From Minisyncoccia bacterium (GTDB lineage Bacteria > Patescibacteriota > Minisyncoccia > UBA6257 > 2-01-FULL-56-20): a stretch of DNA of 64,000 nt. The notes under the pieces are model-generated. The model had not been told where the DNA came from, made no database searches, and was given only the letters and a program-made list of their open reading frames with translations. Numbering within the stretch: the stretch's first letter is position 1; each line of letters opens with the position of its first letter. Shown here one piece after another: positions 16,029 through 25,266 of the stretch. The translations under genes were made by a program, and so were the position numbers. The stretch spans positions 455,050-519,049 of the forward strand of contig JBEKML010000001.1 in NCBI GenBank assembly GCA_050008535.1. Direction: 5' to 3'.

Positions 16029-16171
16029 AGTACAACACCTCCTTATGGTGAGGTTTACAGCTGGAAGTAATTGTACCATAGAATAATTATTTTGTCCAAT
16101 TTTTGCGCAGGGCGTGCGGGACGCCACAGAACATGGAAATTTCTTCTCGAAACGCCTATAATCCTTAAGCT

Positions 16172-18823
16172 ATGTTGGATTCTCTAAAGAAATTTTTCCA
16201 TAGGCGGTCGTTCCAATCGCTTGAATTGAGGGTTCAGGAGATCAACGCGCTTGAACCGGAAGTTCAAAAACTTACCGATGAAGAATTAAGGGCGGAAAGT
16301 TTGAAGCTGAAGGAACGGGTGGCGGTAGCGGCGGCCGAACACGAAACCGAGCGCGAGTCGGATATCGCGGGCGGAGCGGTACTTGAGGAAATCCTTCCGC
16401 GTGCGTTCGCGCTCGCGCGCGAGGCGGCGAAACGGACGCTCAACCAGCGTCCGTTTGATGTGCAATTGCTCGGCGGGCTCGTGCTCCATAAGGGCGCGGT
16501 GGCGGAGATGATGACGGGGGAGGGGAAAACGCTTGCGGCCGTGGCGCCCGCTTACCTGAACGCGCTTGCGGGGAAGGGCGCGCACATCGTTACCGTGAAC
16601 GAATATCTCGCCCGCCGCGACGCGGTGTGGATGGGGCAGATATACCGGGCGCTCGGGCTTTCCGTTGCGTGCTTGGTTCCGAACGCAGCATTCCTTTACG
16701 ATCCCGAATGGAAAGTGCCTGCCGATACGGAAAAAATGATAGATAAAGAGCGCGATATGACTGGCAGCTTTTTGGTGCAGCAGGACTTTTTGCGTCCGAT
16801 AGCGCGGCACGAGGCGTATCTTGCGGATGTTACGTATGGCACGAACCATGAGTTCGGTTTTGATTTTTTGCGCGATAATCTGGTGTACCGCTTGGAAGAT
16901 CGTGTCCAGCGCGAACATTATTTTGCGATCATAGATGAAGTGGACAGCATTTTAATAGACGAAGCGCGGACGCCCTTGATCATTGCGGCGCCGGATTCGC
17001 AATCAAGCGACGCATACAAAACGTTTGCCCGAGTCGCCGCGCTTCTTGAGAAAGATAAGGACTACGAAGTGGACGAAAAGCGGAAGTCCGTTGCGATCCT
17101 GGATGCGGGCGTGGAAAAGGTGGAAAAAGTGCTCGGCATCCAGAATGTGTATGCGCCGGAAAACATCCGCCTTGTGCATTATTTGGAGGAAAGCTTGAAG
17201 GCGAAGGCGCTCTTTCATCGCGACCGCGACTATGTGGTGAAAAACGGCGAAGTGATCATTGTGGACGAGTTCACCGGGCGCATGTTGATCGGCCGGCGCT
17301 ACCAGGCGGGGCTGCATCAGGCGATAGAAGCAAAGGAGGGCGTGAACGTAAAAGAAGAATCGCGGACGTACGCGAAGATCTCCATCCAGAACTATTTCCG
17401 CATGTACGAAAAAATTTCCGGCATGACGGGAACCGCGCAGACCTCCGCCGAGGAGTTTTTCAAGGTGTACAAACTTGAAGTGATGAGCATCCCGCCGAAC
17501 CGGCCGCTCGTGCGGCGCGACATGAACGATCTCATCTACAAGAACTTCGGAGCGAAAATCGACGCGATAGTGCGCGAGGTAGGGGAACGGCAAAAGAAAG
17601 GCCAGCCGGTCCTTATCGGGACGACTTCCATCGCAAAAAACGAGATCCTCTCCTCTGCGCTTTCCAAAGCTGGTATCCCGCACGAAGTACTGAACGCGAA
17701 GAACAATGAGCGCGAAGGCGCGATCATCGCACAAGCGGGTCGGGTGGGGGCGGTGACGGTCGCGACGAACGTCGCCGGCCGCGGCGTAGACATCATCTTT
17801 GGCGGCAACCCGCCGAAGCCTACGGACGAGACAAAGGTGCGCGAGCTCGGCGGTCTGCACGTGGTGGGCACCGAGCGGCACGAGGCGCGGCGCATCGACA
17901 ATCAGCTCCGCGGACGCGCGGGGCGGCAGGGCGATCCGGGTTCCTCACAATTTTTCCTTTCCGCCGAGGACGACCTTCTGCGCATCTTCGGCGGCGAGCG
18001 GCTGGGCAATATGATGAAGCGGCTTGACCTTCCGGATGACCAGCCGATCGAATTCAAATTTGTGACGAAGGCCGTGGCGCAGGCGCAGGAAAAAGTGGAG
18101 GGCGCGAATTTTGATCTTCGGAAACATCTGCTGGAATATGACGACGTATTGAACAAACAGCGCGCGGCGGTCTATAGGCGCCGGTCGGAATTTTTGGGTT
18201 TGATGAACAAAGAGGAGGTTGCAAAAACGATCGCGGATGCCGCCCTCGCGCATTTCGAAATGGCGCTTGCGCCGGCATTCGAGGAACCAGGTTCAAAAGA
18301 GCGGCGCGAAGAGATGGCAAGAGTATTTAAAGAAGCGCAGCTTATCCCGAACGGCGCCGCCGGCGACATTGTGTTTGAAAATTTGAAGACCGCCGAAGAT
18401 GCCCGGACGTTTATAGAAGAACGATCCGCACGCGTGGCGGAGAACCAGCTTGCAAAGGGGCAGCTCTTGGGCATTTTGGACATGCTTTGGATGACGAATC
18501 TTGAGGATCTTGAGGCGCTTTCCGAATCCGTCGGCCTCCGCGCGTACGGCCAGCGCGACCCGCTCGTGGAATACCGCCACGAAGCAAGCCATCTTTTTAA
18601 AGATTTCTGGCGCAATTTCAATGGGATGGTTTTTGTGAATGTGTTCAAATTGATCAATACGGCGGGGCAACCGGCTGCGGGACGATCGGCGGCAAGCGGC
18701 GCCGCCAATCAAAACCGGGTGGTCTTGCAATCTTCCGGCGGCGCACACTCGGGAAAAATCGGCAGGAACGACCCATGTCCTTGCGGTAGCGGCAAGAAAT
18801 ATAAGCGCTGTCATGGCGCTTGA
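16172..18823 (+). CDS. secA: Preprotein translocase ATPase SecA
   Basis: 883 aa. Walker A (MMTGEGKTLAA) and DEAD-like motor. C-terminal zinc-binding CPCGSGKKYKRCHG. TATAAT 10 nt upstream of the ATG. Confidence 0.95.
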   Translation: MLDSLKKFFHRRSFQSLELRVQEINALEPEVQKLTDEELRAESLKLKERVAVAAAEHETERESDIAGGAVLEEILPRAFALAREAAKRTLNQRPFDVQLLGGLVLHKGAVAEMMTGEGKTLAAVAPAYLNALAGKGAHIVTVNEYLARRDAVWMGQIYRALGLSVACLVPNAAFLYDPEWKVPADTEKMIDKERDMTGSFLVQQDFLRPIARHEAYLADVTYGTNHEFGFDFLRDNLVYRLEDRVQREHYFAIIDEVDSILIDEARTPLIIAAPDSQSSDAYKTFARVAALLEKDKDYEVDEKRKSVAILDAGVEKVEKVLGIQNVYAPENIRLVHYLEESLKAKALFHRDRDYVVKNGEVIIVDEFTGRMLIGRRYQAGLHQAIEAKEGVNVKEESRTYAKISIQNYFRMYEKISGMTGTAQTSAEEFFKVYKLEVMSIPPNRPLVRRDMNDLIYKNFGAKIDAIVREVGERQKKGQPVLIGTTSIAKNEILSSALSKAGIPHEVLNAKNNEREGAIIAQAGRVGAVTVATNVAGRGVDIIFGGNPPKPTDETKVRELGGLHVVGTERHEARRIDNQLRGRAGRQGDPGSSQFFLSAEDDLLRIFGGERLGNMMKRLDLPDDQPIEFKFVTKAVAQAQEKVEGANFDLRKHLLEYDDVLNKQRAAVYRRRSEFLGLMNKEEVAKTIADAALAHFEMALAPAFEEPGSKERREEMARVFKEAQLIPNGAAGDIVFENLKTAEDARTFIEERSARVAENQLAKGQLLGILDMLWMTNLEDLEALSESVGLRAYGQRDPLVEYRHEASHLFKDFWRNFNGMVFVNVFKLINTAGQPAAGRSAASGAANQNRVVLQSSGGAHSGKIGRNDPCPCGSGKKYKRCHGA

Positions 18824-18923
18824 AATTCCGTCGCTCGCCCATCACGAAAATAAATTTTCGCGTGGGCTCGCTAGGAATTATAAAAAGTGCCACGGAGCGT
18901 AACATTGTTTTTGCGGCGAGGGC

Positions 18924-18953
18924 TTGACAAAAACCGAGGAACTGAGCTATTGT
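18924..18953 (+). promoter_or_regulatory. Promoter TTGACA-18-TATTGT
   Basis: Consensus -35 and a reasonable -10. RBS GGAGGGAGG before ATG 18974. Confidence 0.4.
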
Positions 18954-18973
18954 ATGGGGAGGGAGGCACTCAC

Positions 18974-19759
18974 ATGAGAGCCATTAACAAGTTAAGGGCC
19001 GCGGTGCTTGCCGCGGTCGGTGCAGTTCTTCTCGTAACGGTTGCTACCGCGCACGCGCAGACGCTCACGGACCCCAAGACGGGTCTCCCGTGGTGCCACC
19101 AACCGGGCTATCTGCCGGTGCCATGGGGTCCCACGGTCGGCATGATTACCAGCCTTTCGAACCCCAATAACGGGGACCAGGCGGTGATTGAGCCTGGCGC
19201 GTGGGTGTTTGTCCGCGGCTTGCAGTTCAATTTCTTGCCGTCGCAGGTAGCGACGGCGGACGCGGGCAGCGGTCCTCTGCCAACCGTCCTCGGGGGGACG
19301 ACGATCCTTATCGACGGCTGTCCGGCGCGGATAGCTTTTATGGGCTTGGACTTCGGGAAGATGCCCTTCCCGTCCACGGCCCTGATCCAGGTCGGCCAAA
19401 CGGCTGGTAGGGACACAGCGGAGGTCAAATTGCAGATGACCTTGCCGGATGGCACGGCGTGTGTCACACCTTCGCGTTTCCAGCCGGCGACGGCGGCGAC
19501 ATCAGCGCCAACGCCCACGGCCAGCAATGCTACGCCTACGGCGCCACGGATGCGGGTGCCTCGGCTCATCAACCGAGGGGGTGGATTTTACACCCTTTAC
19601 GGCGTGGGCAACGAGGCCTCCATCGTGGAGGCTGACGGCGCGGTCGTCCAAGTGACTTTCGCGGACGAGCGCGAGATCACCTTTCAGACCTCGGACGGCG
19701 ATGGCGTTTCACGCCTCTCCGTCAACGGGAAGATGGTGGCACCGGCGGCCCAGAAGTAA
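18974..19759 (+). CDS. Hypothetical secreted protein
   Basis: Start MRAINKLRAAVLAAVGAVLLVTVATAHA|Q (signal peptide). Pro/Thr-rich linker. Confidence 0.55.
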   Translation: MRAINKLRAAVLAAVGAVLLVTVATAHAQTLTDPKTGLPWCHQPGYLPVPWGPTVGMITSLSNPNNGDQAVIEPGAWVFVRGLQFNFLPSQVATADAGSGPLPTVLGGTTILIDGCPARIAFMGLDFGKMPFPSTALIQVGQTAGRDTAEVKLQMTLPDGTACVTPSRFQPATAATSAPTPTASNATPTAPRMRVPRLINRGGGFYTLYGVGNEASIVEADGAVVQVTFADEREITFQTSDGDGVSRLSVNGKMVAPAAQK

Positions 19760-19866
19760 GCGGACCGATGGCGCGGCGCCCATCGCTTTCTCCGTACGTA
19801 ATCGAGTTCATGGGGCGGGAACCTTTCCTGCCCCATTTGCATATCAAAAAACAGCGACAAATCTCA

Positions 19867-21591
19867 TCAATAACAGCCCTGCGTCGATTGGTACCAATAA
19901 TTGCATGAATAACATTCCGTGACTACCTGGCCCATTGTCGCAGTATTCCAGATACCCCCGCACTGGCCACAACTGGGCGCCCCCGTTTGGCAACCGGGAG
20001 GCGCATAGTCCGTGCGCCATCCTCCGACCCGCGTTTGGCAAGCTCCGGGACAAGTATTATTGCAGGCAGAATCAGCAGCGGGCCCGCAGGAGCCAGTACC
20101 AGTATACTGTTGGAATTGGATGCTATCGCAGTTGTAATCATAACTACCGTCTCCTCTGTCGGTTGTATACCATTGACTTGCTCCTCCTGGATGCGCACTT
20201 GAGTTGTAATCGTAGCAATCAGTGTTATTGCTGACATACCCCGAAGGGAGAGAATAGCCCGAGCAGACCTGCTGGGCCGAACCGGCACCATAACCGTCGC
20301 CGTCGTTATCAACGTAGCCACTCAGGTTCTGCCACTTACCCCCATCGCTGTCGTTGCAATCCCATCCCAGCGCCTGGCTTGCATCAAGGTAAGCGTAGCC
20401 ACTGCTCCCGTCGTCATAATAAGTTCTTCCATTAAGCGAACCCGATGCACCGAGGCACGCACTTCCATTCCAAGAGCCGACCGCCCCATAGCCGTCGTGG
20501 TCGGCATCCGTAACCACGGTTTCGCTCGTGTACACATAATAATTATTGTCATTGCAATCAACGTTGCTGCGATACCCGTCGCCGTCATTATCCGGGAAAT
20601 TAGGCGTCACGGCATTGCTTGCCGCGGAAGCAGCACCGTTGCCGTTGGCGTTCGTCGCATAGACCTTGAAGGTATACGAGGTGCCGTTCGTAAGGCCGGA
20701 GACGGTGCAGGGGCTTGAAGCGCAGGTCCCGGTGATGTTGCCCGGCGTGGAGCTCGCGGTGTAGCCCGTGATCGGGGAACCGCCGTTCGAAGCGGGAGCC
20801 GTGAAAGCAACGGATGCGTTGCCGTTGCCGGCCGACGCCGTGCCAATCGTCGGCGCTCCGGGAACGGTGGAAGGCGTCACGGCATTGCTTGCTGCGGACA
20901 AAGGACCATTGCCGATGGCGTTCGTCGCATAGACCTTGAAGGTATACGAGGTGCCGTTCGTAAGGCCGGAGACAGTGCAAGGGCTTGAAGCGCAGGTCCC
21001 GGTGATGTTGCCCGGCGTGGAGCTCGCGGTGTAGCCCGTGATCGGGGAACCGCCGTCTGAAGCGGGAGCCGTGAAAGCAACGGATGCGCTGCCGTTTCCC
21101 TTTGTTGCCGTGCCGATCGTGGGTGCGCCGGGAATGGTCGCGCATGTATTAGTAAGGGAATAGGCACCGTCGTTGCAGTCCACGACCGTACGGGACAGCA
21201 TCAAATTCAATCTCCTGTAGCCTGCCCCGGGAGAAGTTGAGGACGCCACCACTGTGGTAGTCGACGGCCAGCCATCCCCGTCGGCATCAAGTATCCACAA
21301 GTAGGACTTTACCAATTTGCCGGTACCCACGAGGACAAGAGAGCCCGTCCCGTTGAGAACGAACGATGAACCAATGTCGAAAACAATGGTTTGGCCGGAA
21401 TTGATGGTCAAGGTTTGCCCGGTGGCTATCGTAATACCCCCATCAACTCCATCAACCGTACCGGGAAACGTACAACTCGCCGAAACGTTGGCCGTGCCGG
21501 AAACGGCACTGGGACAATTGGTGGCATGGGTTTTCGGCGCAAAACCGATCAAGCAGACGGCCGCAATGAGAACAAGAAGGATTTTTTTCAT
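19867..21591 (-). CDS. Secreted surface protein with two tandem fibronectin-type-III-like domains and a C-terminal Cys- and Asp-rich (calcium-binding-like DxDGDG) region
   Basis: Signal peptide MKKILLVLIAAVCLIGFAPKTHA. A ~90-aa unit repeated twice (...SPCTVSGLTNGTSYTFKVYATNA...). DADGDGWP, DNDGDGY and DADHDGYG motifs. Many Cys at the C-terminus. Confidence 0.7.
   Translation of the reverse strand: MKKILLVLIAAVCLIGFAPKTHATNCPSAVSGTANVSASCTFPGTVDGVDGGITIATGQTLTINSGQTIVFDIGSSFVLNGTGSLVLVGTGKLVKSYLWILDADGDGWPSTTTVVASSTSPGAGYRRLNLMLSRTVVDCNDGAYSLTNTCATIPGAPTIGTATKGNGSASVAFTAPASDGGSPITGYTASSTPGNITGTCASSPCTVSGLTNGTSYTFKVYATNAIGNGPLSAASNAVTPSTVPGAPTIGTASAGNGNASVAFTAPASNGGSPITGYTASSTPGNITGTCASSPCTVSGLTNGTSYTFKVYATNANGNGAASAASNAVTPNFPDNDGDGYRSNVDCNDNNYYVYTSETVVTDADHDGYGAVGSWNGSACLGASGSLNGRTYYDDGSSGYAYLDASQALGWDCNDSDGGKWQNLSGYVDNDGDGYGAGSAQQVCSGYSLPSGYVSNNTDCYDYNSSAHPGGASQWYTTDRGDGSYDYNCDSIQFQQYTGTGSCGPAADSACNNTCPGACQTRVGGWRTDYAPPGCQTGAPSCGQCGGIWNTATMGQVVTECYSCNYWYQSTQGCY
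20590..21130. repeat. Two near-identical 270-bp tandem copies (intragenic, encoding the duplicated FN3-like domain)
   Basis: Lines 20641-20700 and 20911-20970 are almost identical. Antisense ORFs 20607..20846 and 20877..21167 translate to near-identical peptides. Confidence 0.8.
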
Positions 21592-22040
21592 TTGAGCGTT
21601 ATCTGTACCGAAGACGAATCCGCCCGATCCGCTGCATATATGATTATATCATATACGCTCTTATAAGTATCTGAGGCTGCCCAGGAACCCTTCCATAATC
21701 CCTGCGTAGCACTGCCTTCCGTCAGCGCGAGCGGATACGTGGTGCTTCCATTGTCCATGACCATCGTAACCAGCACAGAAGTAACGGGGACATTGTCCGA
21801 GACCTTGACGCTCATGGTCTGCGTGCCCCCCGATGCCGGATAAAAGGGGATCAAATATCCTTCCTGTAATTGCGGGCCAGTTAAGGTGTGGCTACTTATG
21901 GAAAATCTGTTATCGTCCCTCGGAAAAACCGTCGTGAGCGGCGGGAGTGGCTTATTGAATACGCCATGGAGCGCGAAAAATATCGAAAGCGTCACAACAA
22001 GGACCATCCCGACCGCCGCATAGAGATATTTTCTATTCAT
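21588..22040 (-). CDS. Hypothetical membrane-anchored or secreted protein
   Basis: N-terminal hydrophobic segment YLYAAVGMVLVVTLSIFFALHG. Overlaps the downstream gene by 4 nt (operon). Confidence 0.5.
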   Translation of the reverse strand: MNRKYLYAAVGMVLVVTLSIFFALHGVFNKPLPPLTTVFPRDDNRFSISSHTLTGPQLQEGYLIPFYPASGGTQTMSVKVSDNVPVTSVLVTMVMDNGSTTYPLALTEGSATQGLWKGSWAASDTYKSVYDIIIYAADRADSSSVQITLK

Positions 22041-22085
22041 GCCGATTATGAAACGGGCGACCTACGGTGTCGCCTAGAAAAAACA

Positions 22086-22649
22086 TTATTTCGTGATGAT
22101 CCGAACTTTCGGCAATTTGCTCTGGAGCGCCCTTAAAGTGCTTGACGGTATAGGGTTTCCGGTCAACCCCAAAACCTTCAAACTTTTAAGGTTCACGATG
22201 CTCGGCGGGAGAGCGGTCAGTTGATCGTTGAAGAGCGAAAGCATCCACAGATTCGGCAGATTCCCAATCTCATCCGGCAAGCTCGTGAGCGGGTTGTTGC
22301 CCAGGTAAAGAACCTGGAGATTCTTCAAATTGCCAATCTCCGGGGGTAGATCGGTCAAGCTATTGTTTGCCAAATTGAGTAGGGTCAAATTCGACATTTC
22401 TAAAACGCTCGTTGGTAGCGCGGTCAATTTTTGTCCGCTCAGGTTCAAACGGAATACGCTTATGGGATTCGCGGCCGCCTGCGCGGTGCTCGTCACCTCA
22501 ATGCCCCTGTCCATGAGCGGCGCGGGTTGCGTTGCTGCGGCATTATTGCCCGACGCAGGATTATTCGGATGTCGTGCCACGTAATATATCGATCCAGCCG
22601 CGATAAGAATAATGGCAACCGCAACTATCCAGAAAAAGACCTTATTCAT
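22086..22649 (-). CDS. Leucine-rich-repeat (LRR) protein with N-terminal TM anchor
   Basis: Repeated LxxLxLxxNxL units (LTLLNLANNSLTDLPPEIGNLKNLQVLYLGNNPLTSLPDEIGNLPNLWMLSL...). Confidence 0.75.
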   Translation of the reverse strand: MNKVFFWIVAVAIILIAAGSIYYVARHPNNPASGNNAAATQPAPLMDRGIEVTSTAQAAANPISVFRLNLSGQKLTALPTSVLEMSNLTLLNLANNSLTDLPPEIGNLKNLQVLYLGNNPLTSLPDEIGNLPNLWMLSLFNDQLTALPPSIVNLKSLKVLGLTGNPIPSSTLRALQSKLPKVRIITK

Positions 22650-23688
22650 TTACGATGATCCCTGCCGGAGCATCGCTTGAACCGATATTGCTCCATTGGT
22701 TCGCGTCAAAGCGAGGCGCGGTCAGACGGTAGCTTACTTCAAGGGACGCCGCGGATGCGGAAGGTTTGGCGAAAAGCGTAACGGTTCCTTTCGCTGCATT
22801 TTTCACGTACCACACGTCGCCGTCAAAACTCGGCGTGAGTATTACCACAAGCCCGTTCAGATTATTTTTCAGGATCTGCGTTGTTTCTTTAAAGAGCCAC
22901 AGATCGCTTCCCTTTTCCGCTCCCGCAAGATCAAGCGTGTAGGAGTATGTTTGGTCCGTAGAGAAACTCGTTCCCGGAAAATCGGCGACGCCCGTTGTTT
23001 CTCCCTTCACGCCGGTCATTTCCACGCCGTAGGTAGCGAATTTATCGCCGTTGATCGTATAGACTGGGTCAACGGTACCAACGGTGATTTTTCCCGCGCC
23101 GCCGCCGATGACAACGGTATCCGCTCCTGCTGTGCCGAAGCGCGCCGTCGTCCCACCGCCGCTCACTACATCAAGCTTATATCCTGGCCCCGTCACCCCG
23201 ATGCCGACATTGCCACTAGCACCTAGAATATTCAATGCATTTAAAACATTTCCACCCCCATCTGGCACTTGAAATCTCAGAGTTTTTGCTCCCCAGCTCC
23301 CCGCCTCTCCCCCTACCCCAATGCCACCAATCCAACCTTGGTATCCGCTAGAAGTGTCATAAGCATAGAAACCCACCAACTCCGCCAACGTCGCAGCTTG
23401 AGTGTTCCCGATACCAACAGCGGGATTACCAAGCCCACCAGAAGTAAAGGTCATCGACGCGCCAGCCACCGATAATTTTTGTCCCGGCGTTGTCATCCCG
23501 ATGCCGACATTGCCGTTGCTTAGGACACTGACGGCTCCCGAACAATTCGGGGGCGTGCAGCCGTTCGGGGGGCCGTTAAAAGCACTGACATGCGTGGTCG
23601 TGGTGGTGGTAAGCACGTAGGCCGCAAAAGATAACACAAGAACCAGGGCAACGAGAACTATGATGCGCTTGGTATCCTTGATATCCAT
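22642..23688 (-). CDS. Membrane-anchored surface protein with Gly-rich tail-fibre-like repeats (NGNVGIG.T.PG.KL.V)
   Basis: TM anchor IIVLVALVLVLSFAAYVL. Repeats SNGNVGIGMTTPGQKLSVAG and ASGNVGIGVTGPGYKLDVVSGG. Gly/Thr-rich beta-like C-terminus. Confidence 0.55.
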   Translation of the reverse strand: MDIKDTKRIIVLVALVLVLSFAAYVLTTTTTTHVSAFNGPPNGCTPPNCSGAVSVLSNGNVGIGMTTPGQKLSVAGASMTFTSGGLGNPAVGIGNTQAATLAELVGFYAYDTSSGYQGWIGGIGVGGEAGSWGAKTLRFQVPDGGGNVLNALNILGASGNVGIGVTGPGYKLDVVSGGGTTARFGTAGADTVVIGGGAGKITVGTVDPVYTINGDKFATYGVEMTGVKGETTGVADFPGTSFSTDQTYSYTLDLAGAEKGSDLWLFKETTQILKNNLNGLVVILTPSFDGDVWYVKNAAKGTVTLFAKPSASAASLEVSYRLTAPRFDANQWSNIGSSDAPAGIIVNE

Positions 23689-23758
23689 TAGCTTAAGTCT
23701 ATCAAATTATGGGGCAGGGGGGGCTGTGGATAGCTCGGTTGTTATATACTAAAGGCAA

Positions 23759-25141
23759 ATGCCCAAGGGACAAACACTTGTGGAGGTTCTCATTGCTGTC
23801 GCGTTGGGAGTCGTTTTGTTTACTGGGGCTGCAAACCTGATCATCCCAGCCATAAAAACAAACACTACGACAAATAGTGTCGTAACTGCGACAGCGCTAC
23901 AAAAGGAGCTTTTGGACAATGTCTCGGCATGGGCGGGAGGAAACTGGAATGGTATTCTTGCGCTCGCAACAACCTCCGCACATACCTATTACCTTGTAAC
24001 CACGCAATCGCCCTTTGTGGCCACAAGCGGCGCGGAATCCGTCACGGTGAATACAACCACGTTCGCCCGATATTTTTATGTGGACGATGTCATCCGCAAT
24101 TCAAGCGGTTACATCGCGACGAGCAGCGGCACCTACGATCCATCCACGAAAAAAGTTACGGTCGTCTGCAGTCGACCGCAAGGTACTCCCTTGACCGTTT
24201 CCGCCTACCTGACGCGGAACTACGAAAATGCTTATGATCAGACTGATTGGTCGGGGGGCGGAGGGTTGAACGGGCCGATCACTACGGTGGGGAACCAGTT
24301 TTCCACCTCTTCGAATATTAGCTTCACGAGCATTCCAGGGTCGCTTCTTCTGATTACGACAGGAGGAAGCGGCGCAATAAACTCGAGCAGTTATACTCAT
24401 TGGGCATGGAACGATCTCATTGGGTGGATTGACTTTTGGAACAACGGGAGCGGCACAACTGTCACCGGGCAGGGCCTCACGGGTTACGCGAGTTCCTCGG
24501 TGGGGCAGATCTCTCTCGATTGCCACACAACCAGCATCGGCAACATATGCTCCACAAGCACTTATCAGGTGGCGAACGACGGCTCCGGCCATCTTTCCGG
24601 CTGGGCCTGGAACGACAGCCTTGGCTGGATCGGCTTTAATAGTAGTTCCCCCGCCTACCAAGTTACCATTGATGCGAGCGGAGATTTTCAGGGCTATGCA
24701 TGGAACGATTTCGCAGGGTGGATCAGTTTCAACTGCGATAATACCACAAGCAGCGGCTGCGCAAGCTCCACCTATAAGACGCAAACGTTCTGGACTCCTT
24801 CGTCCACCATAACTGGCTACTTGGATTCCGCCACCTTTGACACCAACTCGGTGTCGGCGCAGCTCATTTCGGTCCTCTGGCAGGGCACCCAACCAACAAG
24901 CACAACGGTGAAGTTCCAATTCGCGGTGAGCAGTGTTTCAAGCGGCCCATGGACCACCTTTCTTGGCACGGATGGGACTTCGAACACCTATTATATTCCG
25001 CTCGGTCCCGGTGTCCCGCTTGCGCTTTCTTCCGCCTACACCAGCAACTTCCGCTATTTCCGCTACCGCATTTTCATCGTTGGCCCGAATAATGCCTCAA
25101 GCGCGCAGGTGGACAATATCGCTATAAGCTGGAACCCTTAG
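23759..25141 (+). CDS. Type IV pilin-like protein (class III signal peptide, G|QTLVE) with a large C-terminal domain carrying three W-rich repeats (GWAWND.LGWI.F)
   Basis: MPKGQTLVEVLIAVALGVVLF prepilin motif with Glu at +5. Repeats HWAWNDLIGWIDFW, GWAWNDSLGWIGFN and GYAWNDFAGWISFN. Confidence 0.65.
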   Translation: MPKGQTLVEVLIAVALGVVLFTGAANLIIPAIKTNTTTNSVVTATALQKELLDNVSAWAGGNWNGILALATTSAHTYYLVTTQSPFVATSGAESVTVNTTTFARYFYVDDVIRNSSGYIATSSGTYDPSTKKVTVVCSRPQGTPLTVSAYLTRNYENAYDQTDWSGGGGLNGPITTVGNQFSTSSNISFTSIPGSLLLITTGGSGAINSSSYTHWAWNDLIGWIDFWNNGSGTTVTGQGLTGYASSSVGQISLDCHTTSIGNICSTSTYQVANDGSGHLSGWAWNDSLGWIGFNSSSPAYQVTIDASGDFQGYAWNDFAGWISFNCDNTTSSGCASSTYKTQTFWTPSSTITGYLDSATFDTNSVSAQLISVLWQGTQPTSTTVKFQFAVSSVSSGPWTTFLGTDGTSNTYYIPLGPGVPLALSSAYTSNFRYFRYRIFIVGPNNASSAQVDNIAISWNP

Positions 25142-25266
25142 GGCAGGACGGATTCGCAAAAGATTTTATCAACATAAAATTTTTTCTCCGCCTTGTGCAC
25201 AGAAATCTGTTGCAGTGAAAAAATAATTCTGTTATATTTTTAATACACGATCGGTAGTGAAGTATT

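Noticed and set aside
17003-17881. 292-aa and other minus-strand ORFs inside secA (also 16286..16918, 18172..18814)
   Set aside because: Antisense to the well-supported secA CDS. Arg-rich, low-complexity translations.
22696-23226. 176-aa plus-strand ORF
   Set aside because: Antisense to the tail-fibre-like repeat protein gene. Arg-rich.
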